A program made the position numbers and the translations under genes. From the human T2T-CHM13v2.0 reference genome, Homo sapiens, in the NCBI RefSeq assembly GCF_009914755.1, contig NC_060926.1: a DNA stretch of 64,000 bases, one strand, 5' to 3'. The notes under the pieces were generated by a model. It saw nothing but the letters and a program-made list of their open reading frames with translations, did not search any database and was not told the DNA's origin. Within the stretch, counting starts at the first letter, position 1. Each line of letters begins with the position of its first letter. Positions 1-26,915 of this stretch are shown piece by piece.

Positions 1-301
1 TGAGCCACTGTGTCCAGCCAGACTCCATTTTTTGCCACACAAAGTGTGGGCCCAGTGCTGCTAGACATTTGGGTATTCCAGAGAACAGTGTCCTGGTCTG
101 GGGTCCCCCAAAAGCTGACCCTGAGACCAGGATTGGGTACAAGGATTTATTTGGGAGGTGATGGCAGGGAGCTCAGTGATGGCGTGAGGCAGTGACATGG
201 CCACCTGCTGTCTGCCAATCTCTGAGGGGGCAGAGATAGGAAATTGCCTTATCTTTTCAAAAGAAGTATTTTGAGGTTTCAGTTATTAACAGGAAATATA
301 G

Positions 302-531
<230 letters not shown>

Positions 532-940
532 TAGTAGAAACTGGGTTTCACCATGTTGGCCAGGATAGTCTCAATCTCCTGGCCTTGTGATCCACCCTCC
601 TTGGCCTCCCAAAGTGCTGGGATTACAGGCATGAGCCACCGTGCCTGGCCGGAAAAATTCTTTAATTTTGAGCTGAATCCAGAGTTTTCAGTTGGCTCTT
701 TTTCTTTTAGGCATAGAATACAGTATTCAGGAAATTATAGCATTACTACATTCTGGAATGCCTGACAAGAATAAGTTTAGGAAGGCTTGGAGGAGAAAAG
801 GTAAATTGCTACTCTTTGGGGAAGGGGAGGAATCAAAGCATTCTGGGTAACATAAAATGAGGCACAAATAGCGAGGCAAGATTTGGGAGGGAGTGGGGAG
901 TGGAGAAGACCAGAAAGACCCAATCACTAGTTAATTGTAA

Positions 941-1396
<456 letters not shown>

Positions 1397-1629
1397 TGAC
1401 CTCTTCTTTCTACACACATTCCTTATATGCTCTTGTCCAAACTAGGACTCTCTTTGTTTACATATATTTCAATGACTCCCAAATTGAGTATCTCCAGTCC
1501 AGACCTCCCTTCTGAATTCCAGACTCATAAATCCAACTGCCAGTTCAAAGTCTCCACTTGGGTTCCTCCAGGAAGCATCTCCGTTAGCATGTCTATGGAA
1601 GAGCTTTGATTCCTACCCACCCCAGCTTA

Positions 1630-3010
<1,381 letters not shown>

Positions 3011-3360
3011 AGGAGGATGCAGGACAGGACATCATAGCATCTGCTAACTTCCCAAACCCATTTCTTCCCCAATTCAGTAAGTGGCAATACCATCCTCCAA
3101 TTGCTCCCCACAGAAACTTCATCCTTGGATGCATTAATTTCTTCCACACTCCACATTCAAATCCTTTTAGTGTTACCTTTGAAACATATCCTGAATCCAA
3201 TATTTCTACCTCCTCCACTACAACTCTGGTCCAAGCCACCAGCAACTCTCACTTGGATTATTGGATTATTGCAACCATCTATTTATTATTTTTTTATGAG
3301 ACAGAGTCTTACCCTGTCACCCAGACAGGAGTGCAATGATGAGATCATGGTTCACTGTAG

Positions 3361-3681
<321 letters not shown>

Positions 3682-4454
3682 TGACCTCAAGTGATCTGCC
3701 TACCTCGGCCTCCCAAAGTGCTGGGATTACAGGCATGAACCACTGCGCCTGGCCTAAATTTATTTTTTGTAGAAATGTGGTCTCACTATGTTGCCCAGGC
3801 TAGTCTTGAACTCTTGGGCTCAAGCAATCCTCCTGCCTCAACCTCCCAAAGTGCTGGGATTACAGGCGTGAGCCACTGTGCCTGGCCCAGAGTGACCATT
3901 TAAAACCCAAGTCCCTGCTCAGTTTTCAACCCTCCCAAAGCTCCCTATCTCACCCAGAATAAAATGCAAAATCTTTACTGTGTCCTAGAAGGCCCCATAG
4001 AATCTGCTATTTTTCTGACTTCACATTTTGCAACTCTCTCCACGTCTCACTGCTCTGGCCTCACTGGTTTCCCTGTAATTCAAAACCCCAGGCCCAGGGT
4101 ACGTTCTGTTCCTCTATCTAAGATGCCTCCCCCAGTCATCCACAGAATACAGCCCTAACTTCCTTCTGGCCTTGACTCAAATGTCCGCTTATTAGAGAGG
4201 CCTTCTTGACTCTAACTAGGCAAACTCTCCCCCAGTCACTCTTCACCCCTTTACCTTGCTTTATTTTTCTTTATTAAACAACTGACATTACTTTTATACT
4301 GCTTATCTCCAATCCTCCCCCAACTGGAATGTAAGTTTTATGAGAATAGGGGCTCTCTTTTTTGTTTGCTGATGTATTCTCAGTACCTAGATTTTTTGTT
4401 AATTTAATGAATTAGTATGTATTGTGGGACAGTCTGATGATTTTATATGGATTA

Positions 4455-4634
<180 letters not shown>

Positions 4635-4637
4635 CTA

Positions 4638-4802
<165 letters not shown>

Positions 4803-4988
4803 TCAAAACAAAACAAAAACAAAAACAAAACAACAACAACAAACATTCCATACTTTAAAGAAGAATACTGGCCGGGCGCGGTGGCTCACACCTGTAATCC
4901 CAGCACTTTGGGAGGCTGAGGCAGGTGGATCACGAGGTCAGGAGATCAAGACCATGCTGGCTAATACGGTGAAACCCCATCTCTACTA

Positions 4989-5207
<219 letters not shown>

Positions 5208-5479
5208 TTATGAAGATTAAAGTAACAATACCAGAAAAAAGTTATTCTAGGCCATGGCTCACGCCTGTAATCCCAGCATTTTGGGAGGCTGAAGATCACT
5301 TGAGCCCAGGAGTTCAAGACCAGCCTGGGCAACATAGAGAGACCTTATCTCTACTAGTAATTTTAAAAATTAGCCAGCTGTGGCTGGGCTGAGGTGGGCA
5401 GATCACAAGGTCAGGAGTTCAAGACCAGCCTGGCCAATATGGTGACACCTCGTCTCTACTAAAAAAAAAAAATACACTA

Positions 5480-5686
<207 letters not shown>

Positions 5687-6080
5687 CTATTTGGGAGGCT
5701 GAGGTGGAAGGATCACTTGAGACCAGGAGGGTGAGGCTGCAGTCAGCTGCAATTGTGCCACTGCATTCCAACCTGCGTGACAGAGCAAGACCCTGTCTCA
5801 AAAAAAAAAAAAAAAAGAAAAAAGAAAAGAAAAAAGTCGCTCTGATAGCTATATTGTTGAGCTGTTTGCTGAAACAGTGTGCTTGATTATTATGGATTTA
5901 TGTATTGGTCGTTCACTCAAAAACATGGATTAAGCCCATCCTATATACTAGGCTCTGGGCCAGGCCTGGGGATAGAAAGTTGAAAGATAAAATCTGGCCT
6001 TCAGGGATACAACATCACAACAATTATGACCGAACCCTGAGGAGTTCTGAGCTAGCAGTGTGTATGAGGTGCCAGGCAGT

Positions 6081-7058
<978 letters not shown>

Positions 7059-7491
7059 GTCTCTATCACTCTGAAGAGTGAGTGATCAGCTCCGTTTATC
7101 CAAATCAGTCACTATCTGTGGGTGTGCAGCTATTCCTTGATGCCTAGGGGTCCACAAAGAAGGAGTTGTTCCCATCAGATGACTAGGAGCAACCTTGGGT
7201 CAATTCTTTTATATAGACCTTAAGTCCACACAGCTTCCATACAATCAAGATTTTTCCTCCTCTAGGGATACTCATGGGATTAACAAATTACAGTTATAAA
7301 TTACTGTTCTCTAGTAAGTCACACCATTATCTGGGAGGATCTTTCTCAGAGATATTCCATATAATTACAAAGTTAGGTAGAAAACCTTTGTCCAAATGCC
7401 ATGCCAGTATGCTGTATGATGGCGTGCTTGGAGAGCAGGAAAGAACCTGTTCGTTGAATCCGCCTCAAGGGAGGGGACAACTCGTGACTAA

Positions 7492-7848
<357 letters not shown>

Positions 7849-9747
7849 TGAATTCCTGACCTCAAGTGATCCCCGCACCTCAGCCTCCCAAAGTGCTGGG
7901 ATTACAGGCGTGAGCCACCACACCTGGCCTCTCTCCCTATGTTTTGTCCCTCCTTGTCCACTGTCTACCTCCTTTTACCCAAAGCAAACCAATCCTCCCA
8001 ACAAAAATAATTGAAAGCCTATCCCTTTTTTCTGTGTCTTGCAAATTTTTCATCCTTAGGCTTCTATGGAAAATCAATGTCTTTTCTTGAGCCCTAAACC
8101 AGTTACTGCTGGCTCTGCAGAGAGGCTTCCTAAGCTCAAGTCTTGCTTGCTTTCCCCACAATCCCCACTCCCTGAGAGGAGGTAAGCTTGGATCTTTGGG
8201 TGGCAGTGAGACCTCCATTGACGTTGGCTTTCTCCCATAGCATAAACTCAAACACACCTCCATACTGAGGATGCATTTGTTCTGAAACTCCACATCTGAG
8301 CTATGCATAGAAGTCTTACTCCTGTGAACACACTTTTTTCACTTTATTTATTACCTTACATTCACCCTCCCACTGCCTGGGTCACATTAGCTCTCTGACC
8401 TTGACTGACAACAAAAGCATCCCTTCAACCCTTGCCCAAATCTACAAGTATCATCTTGACACTGGGGGAAATGGTGGTTTGGGGAGTTAGGATTTATTCT
8501 CTCTCTACCCTGCCCTACTGTAAACTGAGGGTTTTTTGTTTGTTTGTTTGTTTAATTGAGACAGGGTCTTGCTCTGTCGCCCAGGCTGGAGTGTGGTGGT
8601 GCAATCTCTGCCCACTGCAGCCTTGACCTCCTGGACTCAAGCAATCCTCCGCCTCAGTCTCCTGAGTAGCTGGGACCACAGACACACACCACTAGATGTG
8701 GCTAATTTTTGTATTTTTTGTAGAGACGGCGGGGCGGGGGGGTCTTGCTATGTTGCCCAGGCTGGTCTCGAACTCCTGGACATGATCTTCCCACTTCGGC
8801 CTCCCAAAGTGCTAGGATTACAGGTGTGAGCCACGGCCCTGGCCTGTGTGTACTTTAACTTGGAGCAAATGACCCTTCATTCTCTGCCCTACTTGCCTCG
8901 GCAATCACATTCCTGCAGTCACTCTTCACTCTAGCCACACTGGCTGCATCGGCCAGAGAGGAAGCAGGGAAAGCAGCTGGGAGTCAGTTGCAGGGGCCCC
9001 AAGCAGGCATTTTCCAAGTGGGGTCACACACCCGGAGTGGGAGGGGAGAAATATGCTCCATTTGCTGCAGAAAGAAACTGCAATTCGAAACTGAAATAGG
9101 TAGAACATTTATACTAACTTTATCTAAAAAAGAAATAAAGCTTTACCAAGATTTAATATGTGGTTTGTCACTGGCTGCTCACATGATCCATTCTCGTTCA
9201 GATGGCAGACGGTCAAGTGCCACGCGGGGACAGGGCCCTTCGCTTTCTTCGCATGGAATTTGGCCATGCCCCTCAGGTTGTGTGTGCCCTGTGAGTCGCT
9301 TCACAGATCATATTAGCAGCTTTCCAAAACCAGTCCTCACAAAACAGACAAGCGGCTTTAAAAGAAAATCCTGCAGAGAAACCTCAGACTGAAGATAATA
9401 CTATTAACACAGCACAAGGAAACAAGAAAATGCAAGAATGCTTCTCTGTACCTGGTACAAGCTCTTAATCAGCCATATTAGGAGGAAAAACAATGGTGAT
9501 CTAACCAATTCTTACTTTGGACTAAGCCAACAAATTCAAAATTATCAAGAAGATTATTGAAATAAGGATTTACATTCACTGTAATGAAAAACAAACCTCA
9601 CCATATGTGAATACTGGATCCTGAGCACAGAGCCTGGTGGAGTCTCTTTTTCGCATGACAGACATTCAAGCCCAGCATTGAGATACACTCAGCTTAGGAC
9701 AAATCCTTCAAGTTGCTTCATCACAAAGTGTTAAACCAACATTTTCA

Positions 9748-12910
<3,163 letters not shown>

Positions 12911-13123
12911 AGAAAATATAACTACAAAATACCTTCCTACAAAGCTAAAGCCTCATTTATATTTTTCTTTAACATATGTAAGTGTTGAAAAGGAAGAAAC
13001 AAAAAGAATGAAGTCTCTCTTCCATCACCTACTCCCAGGCTCTTAGAGGCAGACTCTATTAACATTTATATTTTCTGGTATATCTTTTCAGAGTTAGATA
13101 TAAGCATACATTTTATGCCTTGA

Positions 13124-13410
<287 letters not shown>

Positions 13411-13780
13411 TGAGCCACTGCGCCCAGCTATGCCTTGACTTTTAATAGTTATATACCAATTTTTTTCCTTCTCAATTTTTTATCTCCTTCTCTTATTGAC
13501 ATTTATAATTTGCCAAAGACCACAGTCTTAGTTGTTACAAAAATGAAAAAATAATTAGAGTAAGTAGATATCTAAATATTAGTATATCTGATTTCTTAAC
13601 TAGAAAATTTTACAAGCCATAGTTTTATTTTTCATTTATTCAGTCTATATTAGTTGTAAAATAGAATCTGAATATCTTTTTTTCTTTTTGTTTTGAGACA
13701 GGATCTCACGCTGTTGCCCAGGCTGGTCTTGAACTCCTGGACTCAAGTGATTTTCCCACCTCAGCCTTCCAAAGTGCTGA

Positions 13781-14187
<407 letters not shown>

Positions 14188-14208
14188 TAAAAACAAACAA
14201 AGTTGCTA

Positions 14209-14364
<156 letters not shown>

Positions 14365-14639
14365 TTAAAAATTTTAAAAAGTTATTCCTATAACTTTTCT
14401 AACAATACAGGTAAGTTAGTAAACCACAGCCACATCAGGACTACATATAAGTGACAAGAAATGAGACTACCTAAAGAATTTAGGACAAAGTAATTACTTT
14501 GACACCATAATATTATAGTCTAAATATTGTCAAATTGACAAAAACTTCATTTCACAATAACTTGCTCCCTTCTAAACAACCACTAAAACACACATATACA
14601 CATATGTGATAGTTGAGAAGGGCATACATTTTTCTTTGA

Positions 14640-14846
<207 letters not shown>

Positions 14847-14849
14847 TAA

Positions 14850-15470
<621 letters not shown>

Positions 15471-16066
15471 TCACTTTGTTACCTAGGTTGGAGTGGTGTG
15501 ATCAGGGCTCACTGCAGCCTCAACCACCTGGGCTGAACCAATCCTCCCACCTTAGCTTCCCGAGTATCTGGGACTACTTGGTGCATGACACCCCGCCTGG
15601 CTAACTTTTGTATTTTTTGTAGAGACAGGGTTTCACCATGTTGCCCAGGCTGATCTTGAACTCCTGACCTCAAGTGAGCCGCCTTCCTCTGCCTCCGAAA
15701 GTGCTGAGATTACAGGCATGAGCCACCACATCCAGACTTCCATCATATTTATAGATACATATATACGTGTGTGTTTGTGTATGTGTAAAATAACTTAATC
15801 CTCCAATAAGTCCCCAGGCCATTTTCTCTGCGGAAATAAGTATGAAGTAATAGGGTACCCAGTAATATTATGAAAGAAAAAAAGAGCATAACCTTTTTCT
15901 TGATGTTAGGTTACTCTTGTATAAAGGAAAATCCCATAAGTAAAAAGAATTCTGGAGCCAATTCAGATGATACAAATGTAAAAAATTTTCAGTTACCTAA
16001 CACCTGAAAACATGTTTGATTTAACCAGTTGACTTCTAACCATCACTGTGTAATGTGACCTGCTAA

Positions 16067-16315
<249 letters not shown>

Positions 16316-16943
16316 TAGCCAGGATGGTCTCGATCTCCTGACCTCATAATCCACCCATCTCGGCCTCCCAAAGTGAACAGTGATATGCACAGAATGATTT
16401 GAAACTGTCAGTGTCTCTCTCCCTCTTTTTTTAACTTTGGTTCTGTGTTAACCAGATCATGTCTAACAAAGTGCTTCAAAAGTTATTTCTAACCAAATAA
16501 TATTTAAATCACAGTGTATCTCATTTAAGTACAAGTATTTTAAGTTAACAGTTTCCTCAGGAATATTCTGTCTTCTGACACCATCATTTGAATATCACAG
16601 TTTGCAAAGACCTTTCCATATATGATTTCATCCAGTCCTTCCTACAGCCACTCAAGATAGGTAATATTCCCATTTTTTTTTTAAAGGTAAGAAAACAAGA
16701 TTGGTCCTGAAGCCAAGTGTTTCATGACCAAAGCCCACACTCTCCTCATGAAATTGAGAAGGGACAGGCTGTGGAGTGAATCCTTGAAAGCAAGTAATGT
16801 TTTAAGTACTATTACAATTTGTAGATTGTGTTTCACAGGCTCCCAATGAGCTAGGAGGGAAATGTTTTTAATCCCATGTGTACTCATTCTGAAGTAGCTG
16901 TAAGTATATAAAAACCATATTCATCTACACACTCATTCAAACC

Positions 16944-16949
16944 TTTATT
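16944..16949 (-). terminator. FAM161A polyadenylation signal AATAAA
   Basis: tttatt on +; followed on - by GU-rich TGAGTGTGTAG. Confidence 0.75.
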
Positions 16950-17658
16950 AAGTACCTACCATATGTACAATACTGTTCCAAATATTAAGGGAATACAAAG
17001 ATGAATTTTTAAATGGTGCCAAATCCCAAGGAGTTTACAATATAATAATAGTAAAAAGTAATTTAACACGAACTGTAGGAAGAAAATTACAAGTAAACAT
17101 TTGCCCCTGATGGAGAAAAATGACCTTATTTTTAAATTTAAAGCATAAATTGCCAGTTTGGAAACACTGCTATTACATACACCTGTATTAGTTCATCCTT
17201 TTAAAATGATGCTGATTGTTTTTAGAAAAGAAAATGTCTTATGCTATATTATCTTTATGATTGGCTTCAAATTTTAAAACAAAAATTTGCTTAAAGAAAA
17301 AAATATAGATTTATAAAATCAGATTAACACTGTACACAGAGAGATAAAGTGTGTTGGCAATAATATGTAAAAAGTTGAACACAACTGGGTCTAGCAGTGA
17401 AGAGTTAAATCTGAATTACTTTGGAGACTTGCCCTAGCCAAGTTATTATGCACAATTTCATCATATAAAAAAAGGGATACTTGCCCCTAATTTAGATTAT
17501 AACTCACACATGCCATAATTACTTCCATCTGTAATAATACATAGGGTTAAAAAAACTAGTATAAAAACTTTCCTAATAATTTACAAATCAAAAATAATTT
17601 GGACTAGAACTAAGGATAAAAAGAAAAAGGGATGATGGTGTAGACAATTTAACAGTAA

Positions 17659-18007
<349 letters not shown>

Positions 18008-18526
18008 GTTTTTTCTATACTTTTAAAAATGGCTCAGAGCAGCAAAACAAGTTAGAGGATTTATTCTGTGAAATGCACTGCAGAGAAAAAGAATGGGCAA
18101 ATAGTATAATTAAAAATAGTTATTGATTCACACTTTCCAAAATTTTTAAAAAGTAAACCACCAAAGACCAATACTTCTCTCTCCTTTCAATACTAAGCCA
18201 TTTTTTCCAGTAAAATTAATGAAATAATGTATATTTTTATAACTAATCAGTTTGTGACAGCTGTGGTTCTCACTTTTTAAAAATACAAAATCATAGTTGC
18301 AAACAGATAATACACAATGATTTTTAAAACTGAATAGGCAAAGCCTTACTCTAACTGATCAAATGACCAATCAGCTGGATTCAGGCTTTTCAGGCTACAG
18401 ATGACTTTGATCAACAGCCCTGCACATATCAGAAGCGTCCCCACAGATGTTCTAAACACAAATGCGGCTGCTGACACCCTGACGCTGCAAACAACAGCAA
18501 GGGCATAGAGAGGAGACCTTGATGAT

Positions 18527-18671
18527 TCAGTGTGATTCTTCAACAGATTTCTCTTCTTCACTTTCCTCATTGGCTTCATCTTTTTCCTTGTAAGAATCCT
18601 GGCTGTTGGTATCAATAAAATAATTTTCTTCCCCATTCTCTCTTTCTTCTATTTTTTCTTCTTCATTAAAG
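18527..18671 (-). CDS. FAM161A: FAM161A last coding exon (145 nt including TGA; acidic tail FNEEEKIEE...EESH*)
   Basis: Acceptor TTCTTCCCCTAG|CTT; TGA at 18529-18527; total CDS divisible by 3. Confidence 0.94.
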
Positions 18672-19176
18672 CTAGGGGAAGAAATTTATCAATCTTTCAA
18701 AGGAAAAATGAGTTGGTTTAAAGGTAAACAAACCCTCTGCAAGTATGCCACCGTGTAGCCAGTCTTCCTCAAGTGTATGAATTCCAATTTGTTACCAAGA
18801 CAACTCAAAAAAAAGAAAGAAAACGCTATAAAAGTGCCCATTGAGAAATTTAATATTCCTGAAAACTAATTTATTTCAAAATTTGAGTGATTGTTTCTTT
18901 AAACTTCATTTGAAAGCATGCTATTATTTTTGTTACTTATGTCTTTAAGAAATCTGTTATTCTGCTTTAAAAATAAAATACTTCATGTGAACGTTAATGT
19001 GTCAAATATGTTAAAATATCAGTGTGTTTTACAACAGTTCATATGTCTTTTACTATTGGGTAAAAGATCTTTTTAAAACAATATAGAACAAAAAATATAC
19101 ATAGTATAAAATTGTGCTTTTCTGCAGGTAATAATTTTTTCAAAGGTAAGCCATTCAGACATCTTATATATGTTAC

Positions 19177-19331
19177 CTTTCTTTGTCTTCAGTGACACTT
19201 TTCGTCTCTTGATTGTTGAAGTACTCAAGTACTTTTCCACTTTGGCCTTTCTTTGAAACAAACTCATCAGATATTCCTAGTGCTTTTAGGGTATTAGAAT
19301 AATGCTTTTCTGCTGCCATTCTTGCATTTTT
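19177..19331 (-). CDS. FAM161A: FAM161A coding exon 6 (155 nt, KNARMAAEKH...VTEDKE)
   Basis: Acceptor TCTTTCCTATAG|AAA; donor AAG|GTAACA; in frame. Confidence 0.94.
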
Positions 19332-19401
19332 CTATAGGAAAGACAAACCTTTTTAGACGAGAACAGAAGACTTTAAATTTTCATCAAAAATGTATAGATT
19401 A

Positions 19402-20744
<1,343 letters not shown>

Positions 20745-23080
20745 TAAGCCATATCCCCAATCCATTAAAGATGATAAAAGCACCAGTGTTGTAATCTTTA
20801 CTCTGTGGAGGAAGCAAGGGATATAACAAAAAGAATATGAATTTAGAACTGGGTTCAAATCTGTAGAATGTCACTTCCCGGCTTTAAGATCTGTTGGAAT
20901 TGTGATGACCCTCTCATCACAGCTCCAGAGATGGCAGGCTTTATGGAGCCACATAGTGACTGGGTTCACACTAGTGCCTCCACTTTAGCCCATTTTAGCT
21001 CCCATGAGTGGATCTGAACTGTTAGAGGGCCAAGAATTGCCCTCTGGACCTCCAACTAAAGCTAAGACCTCCAAGTAAAGCAAGCATTCCTAATACTAGG
21101 AATGGCCCAGTTCCAATGTACCAATGGCATTCATACTGGGAAGGGTGTGGAGGAGTACCCAGTCTAACCCCCATATTTAATAAAGAAACCAAGTCTCCCC
21201 CGGCCCCCGCCTCAAAGGTGAAATTGACTAAGGTCACAAGGCTAGTGAGTGGTAGAACCAAGTCTCTTGACCATTTCCTAGGTCTTTTATATTACATCAT
21301 GCTACTTTCTCTAAGTGGTAGTGGTCGTCAAGAGTTTGAAGGTGACCTAAAGCCTGACTTGAGCAACGTAGTTGTCAGATATTTGCCAAATCTAGTATAA
21401 TGAGGGGCCATGGAGTCTAGTGTTACACAGGAGAACCTGAAATAGCAAGGACTGATTACAATAGATAAAACTATCACCAGGGCATTTCCTGATACTCTGG
21501 AAAACTGAAAAAGAAACACTGCTGCTAAAACGCACTCACTGTGAATAACAATAATATTTTTTAGAAAAGTAAGTAAAAACCCATCCAGAGTCTGTGAATA
21601 TCAAAAGACAAGTCTTGGGGAGCTGAAAGGAAGGGCAAAATGAGAAATAAGAACTATACCCTAAAGACTGCAGAGAAGAATAAAGAAACCCCAAACCTAG
21701 CTCTGAATGCATTACCAACAGTATATTCTGACTTCAGCAAATTAAATATATAAGACATTAAAAAGACATTAGTCAAAATTTGTGCCAGTAAGCCTTCATC
21801 TGACTTTGGTTTAAAATTCAATTTAACATCTTCTCAGTTAATTAATCCTGTGATTTCCAAGAAACAGGACAACATAGTTTATTCTGTAAAGAATCACAGG
21901 CATATTGTGTTAGGGAATCACTCAGCAGCAGCGAGACCACAATTAACTCCTATAAATGGGCAAAGCAAATAGCTGCAAGCAAATTTATTAAAAACCAGCT
22001 GTTAATTAGCAGCAATAGTTCCAGCAAAATAGACTGCAGCAAAAAATGTACTAAAAAAAAAAAGCAATGGTGATTCACTGCCATGGTAACTCTGTTTATA
22101 CTTTTTGAGAAGTTAATGAGAAGACCCCTTGATATCATTCATTGAAAATGAGAATAAATGGAATTGGTGAGAATGGATGATTGTCCCTGTTATAAAGGCT
22201 TATTAATTGTCTACCCAGGGTTAACATTTTAGTAGGGGAATGAAAATGGTAAGGCGAAGGTATAATGAATGGTTCTGCAAAGAGCAAGGCAGAAAAATCA
22301 ATCAAACTATTATGATTCAGATAGGAAATAAAGGTTCCACCTGGCATTTCACCACCAAGGATGGTGAAGGGCAGATCCAAAAATTATTTAGGAAGAAAAT
22401 TTGACAGGTCTCTCAATGACCAGCTGAATGGGGAGGAACTGGGTACACACAGATATGAAGATGAGAACAGTAGGCCAGGCACGGTGACTCACTCCTGTAA
22501 TCCCAGTACTTTGGGAGGCCGAGGCAGGTGGATCACTTGAGGTCAGGAGTTCAGGACCAGCCCGGCCAACATGGTGAAATCCCGTCTCTACTAAAAATAC
22601 AAAAAAAATTAGCCGGGCATGGTGGTGTGCACCTGTAATCCCAGCTACTCAGGAGACTGAGGCAGGAGAATCACTTGAACCCAGGAGGCAGAGGTTGCAG
22701 TGAGCCAAGATCACGCCACTGCACTCCAGCCTGGGTGACAGAGTAAGACCCTGTCTCAAAAAAAAAAAAAAAAAAAAAATGAGAACAGTAGACACTGGTC
22801 TCAAACTCTTGGCCTCAAATGATCCTCCCCCCCTCAGTTTCCCAAAGTGTTGGGATTACAGGGTGAGTCACTGGCCTAATTTTTCTAATATAAAGATATT
22901 TCTGGCTAGATGTGGTGGTTCACATCTGTAATCCCGGAACTTTGAGAGGCTGAGGTGGGCAGATCACAAGGTCAGGAGTTCGAGACCAGCCTGACCAACA
23001 TGATGAAACTTCGTCTTGACTAAAAATACAAAAAAAATTAGCCAGGCATGGTGGCACGCGCCTGTAATCACAGATACTCA

Positions 23081-23212
<132 letters not shown>

Positions 23213-23639
23213 TTAGACAAACAGCACTATAATAAATCATTGCTGCATATGTGTTCAATATTGGTCTTCCCAAATAATACTTCATACTTTCTTTCTTGTA
23301 TTATAGTATCACCCATAATGATTCCTTTAATTTAGCATTTATTTACTTTCCTTTTTTTTTTCTAGACCTGTTGGAACAAGCCTCGCATGTCACTAACACA
23401 AATATTAGTATTCCCAGGTTATGTACCTGCTCCCTGGAATTGAGGTTAACAGAAAAAAATAACATATCAATCTGACCATTCCCCCAACCTCCAAAACAAT
23501 CATATTCACAATTTTGTCTCAACACACATCTGTAATTGCTGCAATTGTGTGTCTTGAATGACTACATTTGTCTGTCTTGTTTCTATCTGACTTTAAGGGT
23601 CTCAAGGGATTTTCTGATATTCAAAAAGCATTTGTTGAG

Positions 23640-23830
23640 AAGGGGGCAGGAAAACAATATGATAGATAAAAGAATCACATGAAGACAGTCAGATCTGGGT
23701 TTGAATCCTGGTTCCCCTTCTTCTGGTTGTATCATCTAAGCCTCAAGATGTCCCTCATCTGTGAAATAAGAACCTCACAGGAGCAGTGTAAAGGTCAGTT
23801 AAGACAATGCATATAAAGTGCTTAGTGGAG
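23640..23830. mobile_element. MIR (others near 44520-44690 and 63880-64000)
   Basis: gtcagatctgggtttgaatcctggttcc...ctcatctgtgaaat...gcatataaagtgcttag. Confidence 0.7.
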
Positions 23831-24634
23831 TGCTTGTCTTTCAGCAACCTCTCAAAAAACATTATAAACCAGCTTCCAAATAGCTTTGTGCAGTCTCCCT
23901 CTTAAATGCAAACAGACAACCAAAGATAATCTGAGGAAAGCTTCTAATATGATAGACAAGAGGCTAAAAAAGAGAAAAAGGAACTTGAAGGAAACAGAGA
24001 CAATATCACCAGTATGCTCAGAGATATAAAAGACAGGCTGGGTGTGGTGGCTCACACTTGGAATCCCGACACTTTGGAAGGCCGAGAAAGGAGGATTTCT
24101 TGAGCCCAGGAGCTTAAGACCAGCATGGACAACACAGTAACACCCCTGTCTTTACAAAAAATACAAAAATTAGCCTGGCATGGTAGCTTGTGCCTGTAGT
24201 CCTAACTACTTGGGAGGCTGAGGTGGGAAGATTGCCTGAGCCCAAGGGGTTAAAGTTGCAGTGAGCCGAGATCATGCCACTGCACTCCAGCCTGGGACAG
24301 AGTAAGACCCTGTCACACACACACACAAAAAAACCAACAACAACAACAACAAAAAACCAACAACAACAAAAAAAAACGTACTGCACCCATGAAAAATACC
24401 AAAGGAATATTTAATAAATGGGAAGCATTCTGGAAATTATGTCATTTTTCATTAGGTAAGCAAAAAATGCAGATTTGGAAGATAAATTTGAGGAAATCTT
24501 CCAGAACTAGAATAAAATAACAGTGATTTTAAAAGAAATACAAGAAATGTAGATAAATCCAGGTTAATATCTAACTACTCCCCAGTATAACAGTGAAAAA
24601 GTCCTAAGATGTCGTTTATGCCAGAGGCCTAGAG

Positions 24635-24978
24635 CAGGGGTCCCTACCACGAACTAGGTACGGGTCTGTGGCCTGTTAGGAACCAGGCTGCACAGCAGGA
24701 AGTGAGCAGTGGGAGGGCGAGCATTATGGCCTGAGCCCTGCCTCCTACAGCGTTAGATTTTCATAGGAGGGTGACCCCTATCGTGAAGTGCTCATGCCAG
24801 GGATCTAGGTTGCATGCTCCTTATGAGAATCTAACGCCTGATGATGTGAGGTGGAACAGTTTCATCCTGAAATGATCCATTCCCCGATCCATCCACCCCA
24901 CCCCACGCAACCCTGGTCTGTGGAAAAATGGTCTTCCATAAAACCAGTCTCTAGCGCCAAAAAGGTTGAGGACTGCTG
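24635..24978 (+). mobile_element. MER1B-like hAT-Charlie MITE
   Basis: CAGGGGTCCC...GAGGACTGCTG termini; 8-bp TSD GCCTAGAG at 24627-24634 and 24979-24986. Confidence 0.85.
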
Positions 24979-25235
24979 GCCTAGAGAGAAACCATTCCAA
25001 AGTGGAGCAGGACACTTGTGGGCTCCAGGGGAGGAAAGGAACTGATGAATTACGAATGTGTTTAACTGTTTGAGGGGGATTTTTGAGAGCTAACAGAAAA
25101 GCCTAAGAATAATAATGATACATACATTGGTGGGGAATGAGGGAAGGTGGGGGGAGGACCAAACAAAATTAGTAATTATTAACACAAGAAAAAAATTTTT
25201 TAAAGGAAATGTGATGGGCCAGGCATGGTGGTTCA

Positions 25236-25550
<315 letters not shown>

Positions 25551-26142
25551 CTAACATTGTTTACTAAGTTATAACACTGAATTCTGATCTAACTGTGATA
25601 GAGCTGACTGGGAAACAGAAAGATGGAAAGACGTTGAAAGGGTAGGTAAGTGTGCTTCCGAGAGGACGTGTTAAAACAGCTAAATCCTCACCTACCATAT
25701 CAATAAGCTAGTAGATAGAGTCTGTAATGAAAAAGATAAAAGAACAGTTGAAAGAATGTTACTGAATAATAAAATACCACTTTGTACCCACTAGGAAGAC
25801 TATAACAAAAAGACAGACAAAAGCTAGGTGCAGTGGCTCATGCCTGTAATCCCATCAACTTGGGAGGTGGAGGTGGGAGGATCACTTGAGGCCAGGAGTT
25901 CACGACCAGCCTGGGCCATACAGCGAGACCCAGTCTCTACAAAAAATAAAATTAGCTGGGCATGATGGTGTGGGCCTTTGTCTCAGCTACTTGGGATGCT
26001 CATACTGGGGATCATCTGAGCCCAGGAGTTCAAGGTTCCAGTGAGCTATGATTGTACTACTGCACTGGCCTGGGCAACAGAGTGAAACCCTGTCTCTAAA
26101 AATATTTTTCTAAAAAAATCAGACAGACAATAACAAGTGCTG

Positions 26143-26915
<773 letters not shown>

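Noticed and set aside
7937-9392. 123-aa and 134-aa ORFs and a weak CTCF-like motif near 8950
   Set aside because: No recognisable homology or splice structure; the motif spacing does not fit the CTCF core.
18346-18636. 96-aa alternative-frame ORF over the last FAM161A exon, ending at a donor-like GA|GTAAGG
   Set aside because: Out of frame with the spliced CDS; I could not identify a downstream acceptor or exon.
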